DNA of 64,000 nucleotides, taken from Candidatus Woesearchaeota archaeon. Its GTDB lineage: Archaea; Nanobdellota; Nanobdellia; Woesearchaeales; JAAOYA01. Made by a program: the position numbers and the translations under genes. Positions 28,800 to 39,091 of this stretch are shown one piece after another. The stretch spans positions 50,812-114,811 of the forward strand of contig JAAOYA010000001.1 in NCBI GenBank assembly GCA_018221105.1, in the 5' to 3' direction. Below the pieces are notes generated by a model. The model had not been told where the DNA came from, searched no databases, and saw only the letters and a program-made list of their open reading frames with translations. Numbering within the stretch: the stretch's first letter is position 1; each line of letters starts with the position of its first letter.

Positions 28800-28941
28800 G
28801 CTTTTAATATAGATTATCATATATTAATATAGTTCTAGCAGTGTATTCTGAAATACTTTATTAGCTTTTAATATATTAAATTGTATATTGAAATACTTTA
28901 TTGATTAAGAATTAAGAGTATTTTAGTATATTAATATAGTT
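28800..28941. repeat. AT-rich intergenic tract with three pairs of short direct repeats
   Basis: TGAAATACTTTATT (28849, 28889); GCTTTTAATATA (28800, 28864); ATATTAATATAGTT (about 28821 and 28929). Confidence 0.55.
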
Positions 28942-28950
28942 TAAGGTATT

Positions 28951-31935
28951 CTATTTGTCTTTTTTGACTCTTTTTAATTCTGTTTCAACTGTTTTTTTAT
29001 CCCAACCAACACTCAACAATTTCTTGCGAATCTGCTCATCAGTATGACCATTAGCACGAACATGTTCAATGTACACGTCAACTTTTTCCATTGGCCGACT
29101 GCGACCATTAACTACCTTTTTAACACCACCATCTTTTCTAGCAACAACTACAACAATAATCACTATGATGACTGCTAAAGAGATACCGGCGCTAAGTAAT
29201 ATAAACATTAACATTGATGACTCTCCAACTACAAGTTCTTGTGAGGTTCCAACATTTAACGGAACACCCCCTGTAGTAACATCACTAAGACTCTCATTAG
29301 GCGCAATGTCACTTGTTGGAACAACAGGAAAAATGCTGCCAGTATCAATTGTTGAAGTACTTGTTAGATTATCGTTAGCTGAAGGCCCGTCATCATCATC
29401 AGAAGAGCTTCCGCCTCCTCCTCCACCACCGCCGCCTCCGCCGGTGTTGGAGCAGCCAGAGTTGTCAATGGTGCAACTACCAGTACATGTTAATGATCCT
29501 GTATTAAAACCGTATGATGAACAAGTAAAAGGGCCAAAGTCAGTTCCGTCGCACTGGTCAGTTCCGTCACGCACGCCATTGCTGCAGTATGGTCCTTCAA
29601 TGATGGTATACTCGCTAAAGCCTGTCACATTACAAGTGAAAGTGTTAGCAGTGCCATTATATATTCTGCTAGTGCAAATGCTGCTAGAACAATTACTGCC
29701 ATCACGATAAACTTGTGGGTTGACAAAACTAATGTTTTGAAATGTTAGTTTTGCAGGCCTGTTAAATTCTGGAATAATACTACTGTTAATGTAGATTCTT
29801 CTTGCAAAAACCCTGACTTTTCCAATAAGTGTTCGCTCAGTGTTTAAAATTAAAGGATTTGAAAATTCTATTTTTCCGTTATTGTTTGAAAACCTTGCAC
29901 CGCTAAGATTTGTTAGCTCTATTGTGTTATAAGCTGAAAAATTAGTAGTGGTGTTATCCCAGTGATTCCAATCCATAAAAAAACGCATTTGTGCCTTGCT
30001 AGTTTGCGCTGAAGTTCCAACACCATAAACCGCAAAGTGTCCTGGGTGTGCACCGTCATTTGCAAAAACCCACAACGCCCTGCCGTTTTGAGCGGCTTTT
30101 GACACGTCAAAAGAAGTACTAACTCCCGCACTTGTAGGCGTTGACCAATCTAAAACATTATACCAGTTAGGATTGCCAGTGTGAAGTGGCGCTAAAAAGT
30201 ACAGTTCGCTAACATCAACAAAATTATCGGCCACAATACTGCTTGTTTGATGACGACTTCCAACATCAGTAACACTGGCGTTGTAATAAGTATAATTTGC
30301 AACAGTGTAAGGACTCATTGTCGCCATTAACATCCTATCAATTATTGAAAGATTAATTTGGGTGTTTGAAATATCAGTTTGCGCAATGTAGGGTCGTAAC
30401 TGATTTAATATACTATAAATTTCATAATAACCTTGACTGCTTGTTGGACTATCACCGGTTGGTCGAGTATCAAAACCCGGCAAGCTATTAAAGCTTGAAG
30501 GGTGACCAACATAAAATAACCTGTCCTTGTAAGGATAATTGACAAAAGAATGTGCAAGCTCGTGCAAAACAACATTTAATAATAATTCGCTGTCCCAATT
30601 GTAAAGATTTGTTTTTGGGTTAGAATCGCTAAAACCGTTAACATAAATTCTGTTGATTAATCCATCAGTTTCGCGATGAGTTGTGATCATATTGCTAGCG
30701 TTAGCTGCAGGGTAATAATCGTGAACATCTAAAATAATTACAATGTTAGCGCTAGAGTTGTCCATAAGAGGTGCAAAAGATTCGAGCGCTTCACCAGTGT
30801 AATTGTTTTCTCCCATGTTGTATGTTGGTATTTTTACAGGGCTTGTATACACTGTGAAATTTAGGGGAAGTTTTCCGTCAGTTAAAGAATCCCAAGAACT
30901 AACTAGCGAATCGTTTATTAGATTTAATCTTGTTCTTTGATTGGCTGATAAACTTGGACTGTCATCGTTTGCAATAAATGGCACAACGTAAACGTTCGGC
31001 ATGTAACCATAAAAATACTCAACACTAGTCAAGCTTAAATTAGGTGTGATGTCAACATGATAATCGCTGCCAGCATCAGTTATTGTAATTATTGCAGGAT
31101 TGCCTGCAGGCACAACACTAAAATCAGTAAATGATAAATTACCCGCGGTATCTGTGCTAACACTCACTGTGACATTGCATGGTAGACCACAACCTGAAAG
31201 TTCAGAGTTAATTATGTCGACCATATCAGGATTTGTCACTCGCTCGCTAATATTAAAATTAGTTTGATTTGCTTGGCGTGCCAAATGAGTATCGTTTAAC
31301 GCTTGAACAATTGTCAGATTACAACTGCTTGTCAAAACCAAATCATGATTGCTATTACAATAATAAGTGCTACCGCCTTTTGCAATATAAAAGTCAGCCC
31401 TGCCGCTAATAGGGTCCATTGCAGGCAAAAAAGCGTGAACAGTTTTAGTATCAGTAACTATTGAAATTGTTTGAGCATCAAAATCATAAACAGTAGTGAA
31501 CCCCAGTGTTCCGCTGAACTGATTGCTTGCAGGATAGAATATGTTTGTGTCAACGTAACCAAAACTATCTCCATAATCGCTTTCATTCATATCACTAACA
31601 ATCCACAAACGATCAGTATCAATAATATTAGAGTAAGCTGTCAACACTTGGTTAGCACTCTCAATATCATATGAATGGTAAACTTCCCAAATCCACTCAT
31701 CACTACCATCATCAGCAATATCTACTGTGATGTTTGAAGGAGTATTACTATTGTATAGCTCTCCAGTAATATTAAATGAAAAACCGCTAATTTGGCCCAC
31801 TGTAAAACTCATCTCAAAAGTCTGAGTTGAGCCAGAACTGAATAATAATTCCTGATCGCTGACAGCGAAAGCTGAAACTACAAAAAACAGCGTTAAAATG
31901 CTGAAAACTAGTGTTTTTCGCGCTAAAAACCCCAT
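28951..31935 (-). CDS. Large membrane-anchored surface protein with HExxH zinc-metalloprotease motif
   Basis: Signal peptide (likely start MGFLARK, 31935); VVLHELAHSF; Cys-rich module and poly-Gly linker; C-terminal TM; cytoplasmic GHTDEQIRKKLLSVGW. Confidence 0.8.
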   Translation of the reverse strand: MGFLARKTLVFSILTLFFVVSAFAVSDQELLFSSGSTQTFEMSFTVGQISGFSFNITGELYNSNTPSNITVDIADDGSDEWIWEVYHSYDIESANQVLTAYSNIIDTDRLWIVSDMNESDYGDSFGYVDTNIFYPASNQFSGTLGFTTVYDFDAQTISIVTDTKTVHAFLPAMDPISGRADFYIAKGGSTYYCNSNHDLVLTSSCNLTIVQALNDTHLARQANQTNFNISERVTNPDMVDIINSELSGCGLPCNVTVSVSTDTAGNLSFTDFSVVPAGNPAIITITDAGSDYHVDITPNLSLTSVEYFYGYMPNVYVVPFIANDDSPSLSANQRTRLNLINDSLVSSWDSLTDGKLPLNFTVYTSPVKIPTYNMGENNYTGEALESFAPLMDNSSANIVIILDVHDYYPAANASNMITTHRETDGLINRIYVNGFSDSNPKTNLYNWDSELLLNVVLHELAHSFVNYPYKDRLFYVGHPSSFNSLPGFDTRPTGDSPTSSQGYYEIYSILNQLRPYIAQTDISNTQINLSIIDRMLMATMSPYTVANYTYYNASVTDVGSRHQTSSIVADNFVDVSELYFLAPLHTGNPNWYNVLDWSTPTSAGVSTSFDVSKAAQNGRALWVFANDGAHPGHFAVYGVGTSAQTSKAQMRFFMDWNHWDNTTTNFSAYNTIELTNLSGARFSNNNGKIEFSNPLILNTERTLIGKVRVFARRIYINSSIIPEFNRPAKLTFQNISFVNPQVYRDGSNCSSSICTSRIYNGTANTFTCNVTGFSEYTIIEGPYCSNGVRDGTDQCDGTDFGPFTCSSYGFNTGSLTCTGSCTIDNSGCSNTGGGGGGGGGGGSSSDDDDGPSANDNLTSTSTIDTGSIFPVVPTSDIAPNESLSDVTTGGVPLNVGTSQELVVGESSMLMFILLSAGISLAVIIVIIVVVVARKDGGVKKVVNGRSRPMEKVDVYIEHVRANGHTDEQIRKKLLSVGWDKKTVETELKRVKKDK

Positions 31936-32060
31936 TTCGTGCACAACCAATTCTTTATATTTAAAACTATGCTTCACGTCAATAAAAGAATGATTTCTTT
32001 ATAAATAATTGTGAAGTTTTATAAATACTAGTTCAATTCCTGCACAAACTCGCAAATACC

Positions 32061-33773
32061 ATGAAGTTTTCCAAAAAAGCTAAACAAATAGGTTCGGCAA
32101 TCACTTTACCGCTTCTTTTAGGTAGTCTTTTGAATCTTACAAAACCACAAGAAACAGAAGCTGCCAGTCTTAATATGAGTTGGGGCCAAGTATTTACTTA
32201 TGAAGGTGGCGCAGCAATAAGCAGTACAGACGAACCGAACATTGACTATCAAATATACAGACAAGAATATACTATTGATGGCGAACAACCACCAGTGATC
32301 GGCCCCAACATTGATCACACTGTCGGCATTAGAAAAACAGGCACAAGTCTTTCAATACCTGAAGATAACGATCAAGTTTTATGGGTCACTACTATACTAA
32401 ATGGTAAAGAGTCTAAAGATTCAAACTATCTCAGTTTTCACTATTCAAACGGTCCACCAGATCCTTTAGACATTGACGGCGACGGTTATTCATATGAATA
32501 TGATTGTGATGATAATGATGAGTTCAAACATACTTGGAGCACAGCATATCACGATGCTGACGGTGATGGTTACAGTTTTTCAGAACCAGAACTAGCTTGT
32601 ATTGGAACAGGAGCCCTGCCATATGGGTATTTCGCTTCTCCCACACTGCCTGTTGATTGCAATGATACAGATCCTAATCTCCACACAACAATGGCAGGGT
32701 TTGCGGATTTTGATGGTGACGGTGTTGGCGTTGAAGATTTTCAACTACTTTGTACTGGCGGATCACTACCTACTGGCATGGCAGTTGCTGGCGGCGATTG
32801 TAATGATGCTGATTCAAATGTTTATGTAACAAGTACTGGTTATGATGATTTGGATCATGATGGTTATGGCAGTGGAGCGAGAAAAACATATTGTATTAGT
32901 GCAACCTACCCTCCAGGAGTTGTAACTAATGATAATGATTGTGATGATAGTAACGAAAACGTTAATCCAGCGATAGCAGAAATTCCGTATAATGGATTAG
33001 ATGATGATTGTAATATTGCAACACTTGATGATGATTTAGACCGAGACAATTTCTTAGCAGCCAATGATTGCGATGATAATAATGCAAGTGTTTACCCAGG
33101 CGCTTCAGAAATCTGTAGCGATGGAATAGACAATGATTGTAGCGGCTCTGACTACGCATGCGCTCCAGAGCCAACTACAGATTATGATGGTGACGGTGTA
33201 GCAGATGTTTTCGATTGCGCTCCAGAAGACCCAACACGAGATCGTGAAAGAATTTATTACGTGGACGTCGATGGAGACCATTATGTAGGTGGAGGCCCAC
33301 AATACTTTTGCGTAGGGAATAGCACATTACCGCCAACAGGATTCGGTGTTTTTAACAATGGAAACGATTGCAATGATGACATTGCTTCAATAAATCCTGG
33401 AGTTGAAGAAGTTTGCGCTGATGGAATTGATAATGATTGTAACAATTTTGTTGATGAAGAAGAGCTTGCTTGCATACAGCCAGAACCTAATACTGAAGCT
33501 TATGCTAGCGGCGGTGGCGGTGGTGGTTGTTTTATTGCAACAGCAGCGTACTCTGATGTCGGAGGCTATAATGCGCCAGAAGTTAAAACTCTTAGGCGTT
33601 TTCGTGATGAAGTGCTTTTAGAGTCAGAGATTGGCCAAGTTTTTGTGGATTTTTATTATGAGCACGGTCCAAAAGCTGCTAAGTGGTTAAACGAGCACCC
33701 ACAATTCAAGCCAGCAGTTCGTAAAACTTTAGAAACATTGCTTGTTGAACCTTTAGAGAGAAAAAATAAATAG
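32061..33773 (+). CDS. Secreted protein with MopE-like / DxDxDG metal-binding repeats and C-terminal CFI-box-CTERM domain
   Basis: Repeated DxDxDG and DCDDNNASVYPGASEICSDGIDNDC; GGGGGGCFIATAAY...LRRFRDEVL...FYYEHGP. Confidence 0.85.
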   Translation: MKFSKKAKQIGSAITLPLLLGSLLNLTKPQETEAASLNMSWGQVFTYEGGAAISSTDEPNIDYQIYRQEYTIDGEQPPVIGPNIDHTVGIRKTGTSLSIPEDNDQVLWVTTILNGKESKDSNYLSFHYSNGPPDPLDIDGDGYSYEYDCDDNDEFKHTWSTAYHDADGDGYSFSEPELACIGTGALPYGYFASPTLPVDCNDTDPNLHTTMAGFADFDGDGVGVEDFQLLCTGGSLPTGMAVAGGDCNDADSNVYVTSTGYDDLDHDGYGSGARKTYCISATYPPGVVTNDNDCDDSNENVNPAIAEIPYNGLDDDCNIATLDDDLDRDNFLAANDCDDNNASVYPGASEICSDGIDNDCSGSDYACAPEPTTDYDGDGVADVFDCAPEDPTRDRERIYYVDVDGDHYVGGGPQYFCVGNSTLPPTGFGVFNNGNDCNDDIASINPGVEEVCADGIDNDCNNFVDEEELACIQPEPNTEAYASGGGGGGCFIATAAYSDVGGYNAPEVKTLRRFRDEVLLESEIGQVFVDFYYEHGPKAAKWLNEHPQFKPAVRKTLETLLVEPLERKNK

Positions 33774-34880
33774 TTATAATCGTTCTTTGATTTTTTGAAA
33801 TAGTGTTTTTGGCTTGTCAAGTTTTGAAAGTTTTTCAAGTAATTCTTTTTGTTCACGATTTAGTTTTTTAGGAGTTTCAACAATCACCCTGACAAACTGA
33901 TCGCCCTTGCCTGAATGACGCAAATGTTCTATGCCATGATTTTTTAATCGAAACAATGTGTGCGTTTGAGTGCCTGCAGGTATTGCAAGTTTTGCACTAC
34001 CCTCAAGTGTTGGTACTTCAATTTCAGTGCCTAGTGATGCTTGTGAAATGCTTATCGGGTGGTCTAAGTAAATATCATCGCCGTCGCGCACGAAATGTTT
34101 GTGCTCTGCAACGTGTACTACAACATATAAATCTCCTGATGGTCCTCTACTGTCACTTGCTTGTCCTTCACCGCTGACTCGCAAGCTCATACCATCATTG
34201 ATGCCTGCTGGAATATCGACTGTTATTTTTTTAGAAGTTTTAACTCTTCCTTGACCGTGACATTCATGGCATTTGTGCTTGATTGTTTGGCCGACACCTT
34301 TGCACGTTGAACAAGTCAAAGTTTGTGCAAACATTCCAAAAGGAGTCCGTTGGGCTCGCTGCTCAACTCCTGTTCCTTGGCATGTTGGACAAACTTCTAC
34401 ATCACTTGGTTTTTCTGCTCCGCTGCCTTTGCAATGCTCGCAAACGTCGAACTTTCGAAGACTGACTGTTTTGTCAATTCCAAAAGCTGCGTCTTCTAAT
34501 TCAATAACAATTTCTGTTTGCAAGTCACTGCCTTTTCTTGGGCCTCGAGAACGAGCTCCGCCGCCGCCAAATAATGAATCAAAAATGTCTCCAAAATCAA
34601 ATCCGCCTCCAAAGTTTGAAAAGTCAAAACCGCTGAAGTCAGAACCTGCCCCGCCAAAACTAGGCCCTTCACTTCCGAACTGGTCGTACTGCTGGCGTTT
34701 TTTTTCATCGCCCAGGACTGCTGCTGCTTCGTTGACTTCTTTGAATTTTGTTTCAGAATCGGGAGTTTCTTTGTTTAGGTCTGGATGATATTTTTTTGCT
34801 AGTTTTTTGTAAGCTTTTTTTATCTCTTCTTTTGTGGCATTCTTGTCCACTCCTAGAACTTTATAATAGTCTTTTGTCAT
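33774..34880 (-). CDS. dnaJ: Chaperone DnaJ
   Basis: J-domain HPD, G/F-rich region, four CxxCxGxG repeats. Confidence 0.98.
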   Translation of the reverse strand: MTKDYYKVLGVDKNATKEEIKKAYKKLAKKYHPDLNKETPDSETKFKEVNEAAAVLGDEKKRQQYDQFGSEGPSFGGAGSDFSGFDFSNFGGGFDFGDIFDSLFGGGGARSRGPRKGSDLQTEIVIELEDAAFGIDKTVSLRKFDVCEHCKGSGAEKPSDVEVCPTCQGTGVEQRAQRTPFGMFAQTLTCSTCKGVGQTIKHKCHECHGQGRVKTSKKITVDIPAGINDGMSLRVSGEGQASDSRGPSGDLYVVVHVAEHKHFVRDGDDIYLDHPISISQASLGTEIEVPTLEGSAKLAIPAGTQTHTLFRLKNHGIEHLRHSGKGDQFVRVIVETPKKLNREQKELLEKLSKLDKPKTLFQKIKERL

Positions 34881-34908
34881 ATTAAAAAAATAATTTGGAT
34901 GAGTTTAA

Positions 34909-36768
34909 CTATTTTTTCTTTTTAGTCTCATCCTTTTTTTCTTCTTTGATGTCTGCGTCAACTATTGTCTCATCACTCTTTTTTTTGCTTTTGTCTTTGA
35001 CTTCTGTCTCTGTTTTAGCTTGCTCTTTTGCTGCTTTTTGGTAGAGTTCTGTTGATAGTTCTTGGACTTTTTTGTTGACTTGCTCTAATTTTGCTTTTAG
35101 TTTTTCAATGTCTTTGTCTTTTGGCTCTAAAAGTTTTTTTAGCTCTTCGATTTCTTTTTTGACATCTTCTAATTTTTTCGCGTCAACTTTGTCTTTGAAC
35201 TCATCAAAGAGTTTTTCAGTGCTGTAAACTACTGCGTCTGCTTGGTTGATTGTTTCAGCTGCCTCTTTTCGTTTTTGATCGTCGCCAGCGTGACTTTCTG
35301 CGTCTTTTTGCATTTTTTCAACTTCTTCGTCGCTTAAATTGCTTGAAGCTGTTATTGTTATCTTTTGCTCTTTTTGTGTTCCCATGTCTTTAGCGCTAAC
35401 ATTGACTATTCCGTTGGCGTCTATGTCAAAAGTGACTTCTATTTGTGGAATGCCGCGTGGTGCTGGTGGTAGCCCTACAAGATCGAACTGTCCTAGTGTT
35501 TTGTTATCTTCAAACATAGGTCTTTCACCTTGTGCTACTCTAATGGTTACTGCTGGTTGATTGTCTGCTGCTGTTGAGAACACTTGACTTTTCTTTGTTG
35601 GAATTGTTGTGTTGCGCTCTATTAATTGTGTGAACACGCCTCCTAATGTTTCAATGCCAAGGCTTAATGGTGTCACATCTAACAGTAGTACGTCTTTGAC
35701 GTCGCCTGCTAGTATTCCTGCTTGTATTGCAGCGCCTAAAGCTACTGCTTCATCAGGGTTAACACTTTTGTCGCCAGTTTTGCCTGTGATATCAGTTACT
35801 AGTTTTTCAACTGCTGGAATCCGCGTTGACCCACCAACAAATATTACTTTATCAAGTTGATCTTTTGACAGTTTAGCATCTTTTATTGCTTGTTCTGTTG
35901 GCCCTTTTAGTTTTTCTAGTATGTCTTTTATCATCACTTCAAACTTTGCGCGTGAGAGTTCGGTGTTTAAGTGTTTTGGTCCTTTGTCATCTGCTGTCAC
36001 AAAAGGTATGTTGATTGTTGTAGTTGTCTTGCTTGAGAGTTCTATTTTGGCTTTTTCTGCTGCTTCTTTTAATCGTTGCAGTGCTGTTTTGTCTTCTCGC
36101 AGGTCAATGCCTTGTTCTTTTTTGAACTCGTCGGCTAACCAATCAATTATTAGGTCGTCTATGTCATCGCCTCCTAAGTGGTTGTTCCCGCTTGTGGCTT
36201 TAACTTCAAATACGCCGTCGCCTAATTCTAGGATACTAACATCGAATGTTCCGCCTCCAAAGTCAAAGACTAGAATGGTGTGCTCTTTTGATTTTTCTAA
36301 ACCATAAGCTAGACTTGATGCTGTTGGCTCGTTGACAATTCTTAGAACTTCTAATCCCGCGATTTTTCCTGCGTCTTTGGTGGCTTGTCGTTGACTGTCT
36401 TCAAAGTATGCTGGTACTGTGATGACTGCCTTTGTGACTTTTTGTCCAAGGTACGCTTCTGCGTCACTTTTTAGTTTTGCTAGTATCATCGCAGCGATTT
36501 CTTGCGGGGTGTAATCTTTGTCTTCTATGGTTACTTTGAAGTCTTCTCCCATGTGACGTTTTATTGAGCGCACTGTGTGTTCTGGGTTGGTGATTGCTTG
36601 GTTGCGCGCTACTTGTCCTACTAGTCGTTCTCCTTCTTTTGTAACGCTTACAACTGATGGTGTTGTTCGCGCGCCTTCTGCGTTTGGTATTATTGTTGGT
36701 TTGCTTCCTTCTAGTACTGCTACTGCACTAAAGGTTGTTCCTAGGTCGATTCCTATAACTTTGCTCAT
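34909..36768 (-). CDS. dnaK: Chaperone DnaK (Hsp70)
   Basis: [37 protein letters not shown]. Confidence 0.98.
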   Translation of the reverse strand: MSKVIGIDLGTTFSAVAVLEGSKPTIIPNAEGARTTPSVVSVTKEGERLVGQVARNQAITNPEHTVRSIKRHMGEDFKVTIEDKDYTPQEIAAMILAKLKSDAEAYLGQKVTKAVITVPAYFEDSQRQATKDAGKIAGLEVLRIVNEPTASSLAYGLEKSKEHTILVFDFGGGTFDVSILELGDGVFEVKATSGNNHLGGDDIDDLIIDWLADEFKKEQGIDLREDKTALQRLKEAAEKAKIELSSKTTTTINIPFVTADDKGPKHLNTELSRAKFEVMIKDILEKLKGPTEQAIKDAKLSKDQLDKVIFVGGSTRIPAVEKLVTDITGKTGDKSVNPDEAVALGAAIQAGILAGDVKDVLLLDVTPLSLGIETLGGVFTQLIERNTTIPTKKSQVFSTAADNQPAVTIRVAQGERPMFEDNKTLGQFDLVGLPPAPRGIPQIEVTFDIDANGIVNVSAKDMGTQKEQKITITASSNLSDEEVEKMQKDAESHAGDDQKRKEAAETINQADAVVYSTEKLFDEFKDKVDAKKLEDVKKEIEELKKLLEPKDKDIEKLKAKLEQVNKKVQELSTELYQKAAKEQAKTETEVKDKSKKKSDETIVDADIKEEKKDETKKKK

Positions 36769-37304
36769 TTTATTATTTCCTCCTTGAGTTCTCTTGTTAT
36801 TTCAACGTGTTCTAGCATTGCCTTTAAAGTGTCTTCGTGTGGCACTAGTTCGGCAAGCGATCCACCCATTATTGTCGGGTGGGTTTTTAGTTTGATTGCC
36901 CACTCGCGAATGCTTTGCGGGTCTTCTGTGTTTACGAAATGGTTTAGCATGTACCACTCGTTTAATTTGCTGGCGTGCTCGTGACAACCGCCGATTTTGC
37001 AATGTAGTGGTTTTGCTGGTTGTATCAAACAGTTTTTTTTGTGTAAAAAAATGCAGTTTCCGTATGGCAGACCGTCTTTTTTTTCTATTTTGAAGCGATA
37101 TGCTGTTGTATTGTAAATTTTTTGTTCGTCTAAGAATTTTTTTTTGAATTCTTCAACTGTGATGTTTAAGTATTTTGCCAGCACTGGTATTTCTTTTTCT
37201 AATACAAAGCCTGCTCCTTTTTGGCAGCACTCACCGCACTTTTTACAGTCGCTGGTTCCTAACTCTAAGGCTTTTTGTTTGCTTAAGTATTTGGTTATTT
37301 TCAT
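36765..37304 (-). CDS. YkgJ-family CxxCxxCC zinc/iron-chelating protein
   Basis: CKKCGECC...CIFL...[11 protein letters not shown]; ATGA overlaps with both grpE and dnaK. Confidence 0.85.
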   Translation of the reverse strand: MKITKYLSKQKALELGTSDCKKCGECCQKGAGFVLEKEIPVLAKYLNITVEEFKKKFLDEQKIYNTTAYRFKIEKKDGLPYGNCIFLHKKNCLIQPAKPLHCKIGGCHEHASKLNEWYMLNHFVNTEDPQSIREWAIKLKTHPTIMGGSLAELVPHEDTLKAMLEHVEITRELKEEIIK

Positions 37305-37747
37305 TTTGCTACTTTTACTTTTGAGTGACGTAATACTTTTTCACCTATTAGGTATCCGCTTTGAAATTCTTCAATTATTGTGTTGCTTTCTTTTTTGCTT
37401 TCTACCATCATCATTGCTTCGTGCAGTTTCGGATCGAACTTTACGTTTTTCGTATTGATTTTTTTAATGTTGTATTCTTCTAGAACACTAACTAGTTGTG
37501 CGTATAATAGTTCTATTCCTTTGATGAATGGATCGTCGTTGCTTGTTTTGTTTTTTAGTGCTAGCTCGAAATTGTCGATTATCGGTAAGAATTTTTTTGC
37601 AAAGTCTCCTATTAAGTATTGTTGTGTTTGTAACTTGTTGTTTTCTTCGCGTTTTTTGTAGTTTTCAAATTCTGCTTGTAATCGTTGCAGTGATTCTGTT
37701 AACGCTTTGCTGTCTTTAGTGATTTTTTTGGTTTTTTTCGCTGTCAT
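37301..37747 (-). CDS. grpE: Nucleotide exchange factor GrpE
   Basis: RLQAEFENYKKR, LPIIDNFELAL, FDPKLHEAM, GYLIGEKVLRHSKVKV. Confidence 0.96.
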   Translation of the reverse strand: MTAKKTKKITKDSKALTESLQRLQAEFENYKKREENNKLQTQQYLIGDFAKKFLPIIDNFELALKNKTSNDDPFIKGIELLYAQLVSVLEEYNIKKINTKNVKFDPKLHEAMMMVESKKESNTIIEEFQSGYLIGEKVLRHSKVKVAK

Positions 37748-37748
37748 T

Positions 37749-37883
37749 TTATGTCATTGCTGTCTCTTTTGTACTCTTGTGATATTTTCCTGGTTCTACT
37801 TCTGGAATGTCTAAGAATAGTCTTGTGTCTGTTTTTGAACGTCTTTTTTTGCGCATTGGCCCGAATTTTGCTTCTTCTTCCAT
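37749..37883 (-). CDS. Unannotated 44-aa basic small protein leading the chaperone operon
   Basis: MEEEAKFGPMRKKRRSKTDTRLFLDIPEVEPGKYHKSTKETAMT; strong AGGAGGTG SD; stop lies 1 nt before the grpE ATG. Confidence 0.65.
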   Translation of the reverse strand: MEEEAKFGPMRKKRRSKTDTRLFLDIPEVEPGKYHKSTKETAMT

Positions 37884-37898
37884 AAAAACACACCTCCT

Positions 37899-37950
37899 GT
37901 TGATTTAAAGTCAACGAAGTAGACGTAGGTTGAACTCATATATAAATGTT
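37899..37950 (-). promoter_or_regulatory. Chaperone-operon promoter (TATA) with alternating TCAAC/GTTGA dyads in the leader
   Basis: Minus strand AAACATTTATATAT, then TCAAC-N13-GTTGA-N7-TCAAC before the SD. Confidence 0.5.
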
Positions 37951-37952
37951 TC

Positions 37953-37961
37953 TAAAAATTG
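37953..37961. repeat. 9-bp target-site duplication, left
   Basis: TAAAAATTG, identical to 44166-44174, abutting the TIR. Confidence 0.85.
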
Positions 37962-37973
37962 GGCTTTGCAGAT

Positions 37974-39074
37974 TTAATCGCCCTGGTTTGTCGATAAATT
38001 GTTTTTGTCGATAAAATCAATATCTAGATTGAGTTCGAAGACCTCGTGACATAGGACTATTAAGTTGTGTAAGAGGCATTTTACAAGAATTTCGTTGGTT
38101 TGGTTTGTTTCTCCTTTGGCTCGCAGTTTATGTCCTATTTTACGCTTAATCATACTGTATGTTGATTCCACGTTGCTTCTGAGGTGATAGTACTTCTTAA
38201 ACTCTGAATTGTTGTGTTTGAAGAAGAAGTATGCCCTTCTCCAAAACAGTTTTCCTCTTGCTCTACCTCTTGAATTTGCCTTGAAAGGAATTAAAGGAAT
38301 AGCGCCAATTTTGTAAATAACTTCTAAGTTATATCCTGAAAGATATGCTTTGTCTGCGCTTACATAGTCTATCTTGAAGTTTTTATTAGTTGTGCGGATG
38401 AGTTCAGGTAAGAATTTAGCGTCATGTTCATACCCTTCTGTGACTTTAACTGCTGTGATAATATTAGTCTTAGCTCCTGATGTTATATGGGCTTTCTTCC
38501 AAAGCCTAAGATTTGTTTCTCTTCCGTATTTTATATCGAACCATCTTTTGTATTGGCTTGTAGAAAATCCTGAAGAGTCAACACTGAAATGATTTTCAAC
38601 TTCTGCTAGTGGAATTGAGCTTAGTTCTATTAATTGTTTTAGCAACTCTGTGAGTTTAGGATTTTCATAGAATTTTAGAAGTGTTGAGAAGTGAAGTTTT
38701 TGAAACAAGTAATGTTTATCGTATGCTTCAGTTAACTCACAGGTTGTTCGCCTTGAACTCTTGCCGCAATATTGGTGGACGCACATGGCAAAGATTTGGT
38801 CTCTGATAGGAATGGGAGGTCTGCCTTTGCCAGTGCTTCTTTCTTCGTTAATCTGTGCTACAAGTTCGTCAAGAATCCGCATTATGAAGTGTTTTTCCGA
38901 GGTCTGAGCTTTATTATAGGCAGACCAGTTTTGCGGGTATGTCAAGCGAAGTTTTTTTGGAATTTCAACTGGTTCTTCGACTTGTTCTTTGACAATCGGC
39001 TCAAAAGTGCATTGTCCGCTATCTGTCGGGTACAGTTCTATAACTTTATCTTTGGCTGTTTCTATCATTTTCAT
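37974..39074 (-). CDS. DDE transposase, IS5/IS903-like
   Basis: N-terminal NWSAYNKAQ; D in SVDSSG; WKKAH; D in SADKAY; YHLRSNVESTYSMIK (YREK). The stop codon lies inside the left TIR. Confidence 0.92.
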   Translation of the reverse strand: MKMIETAKDKVIELYPTDSGQCTFEPIVKEQVEEPVEIPKKLRLTYPQNWSAYNKAQTSEKHFIMRILDELVAQINEERSTGKGRPPIPIRDQIFAMCVHQYCGKSSRRTTCELTEAYDKHYLFQKLHFSTLLKFYENPKLTELLKQLIELSSIPLAEVENHFSVDSSGFSTSQYKRWFDIKYGRETNLRLWKKAHITSGAKTNIITAVKVTEGYEHDAKFLPELIRTTNKNFKIDYVSADKAYLSGYNLEVIYKIGAIPLIPFKANSRGRARGKLFWRRAYFFFKHNNSEFKKYYHLRSNVESTYSMIKRKIGHKLRAKGETNQTNEILVKCLLHNLIVLCHEVFELNLDIDFIDKNNLSTNQGD

Positions 39075-39091
39075 ATTATCTATTATGAATA

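Noticed and set aside
25900-28900. Shift from A/C-rich to G/T-rich third codon positions as a replication origin or terminus signal
   Set aside because: Similar shifts recur within the 45-63 kb operon, no cdc6/orc1 or ORB motif is visible, and the skew cannot be computed here.
29069-36307. Antisense ORFs over the protease, dnaJ and dnaK (e.g. 29069-29710, 34273-34788, 35921-36307)
   Set aside because: Poly-Pro and Ser-rich translations simply mirror poly-Gly and biased codons of the real genes.
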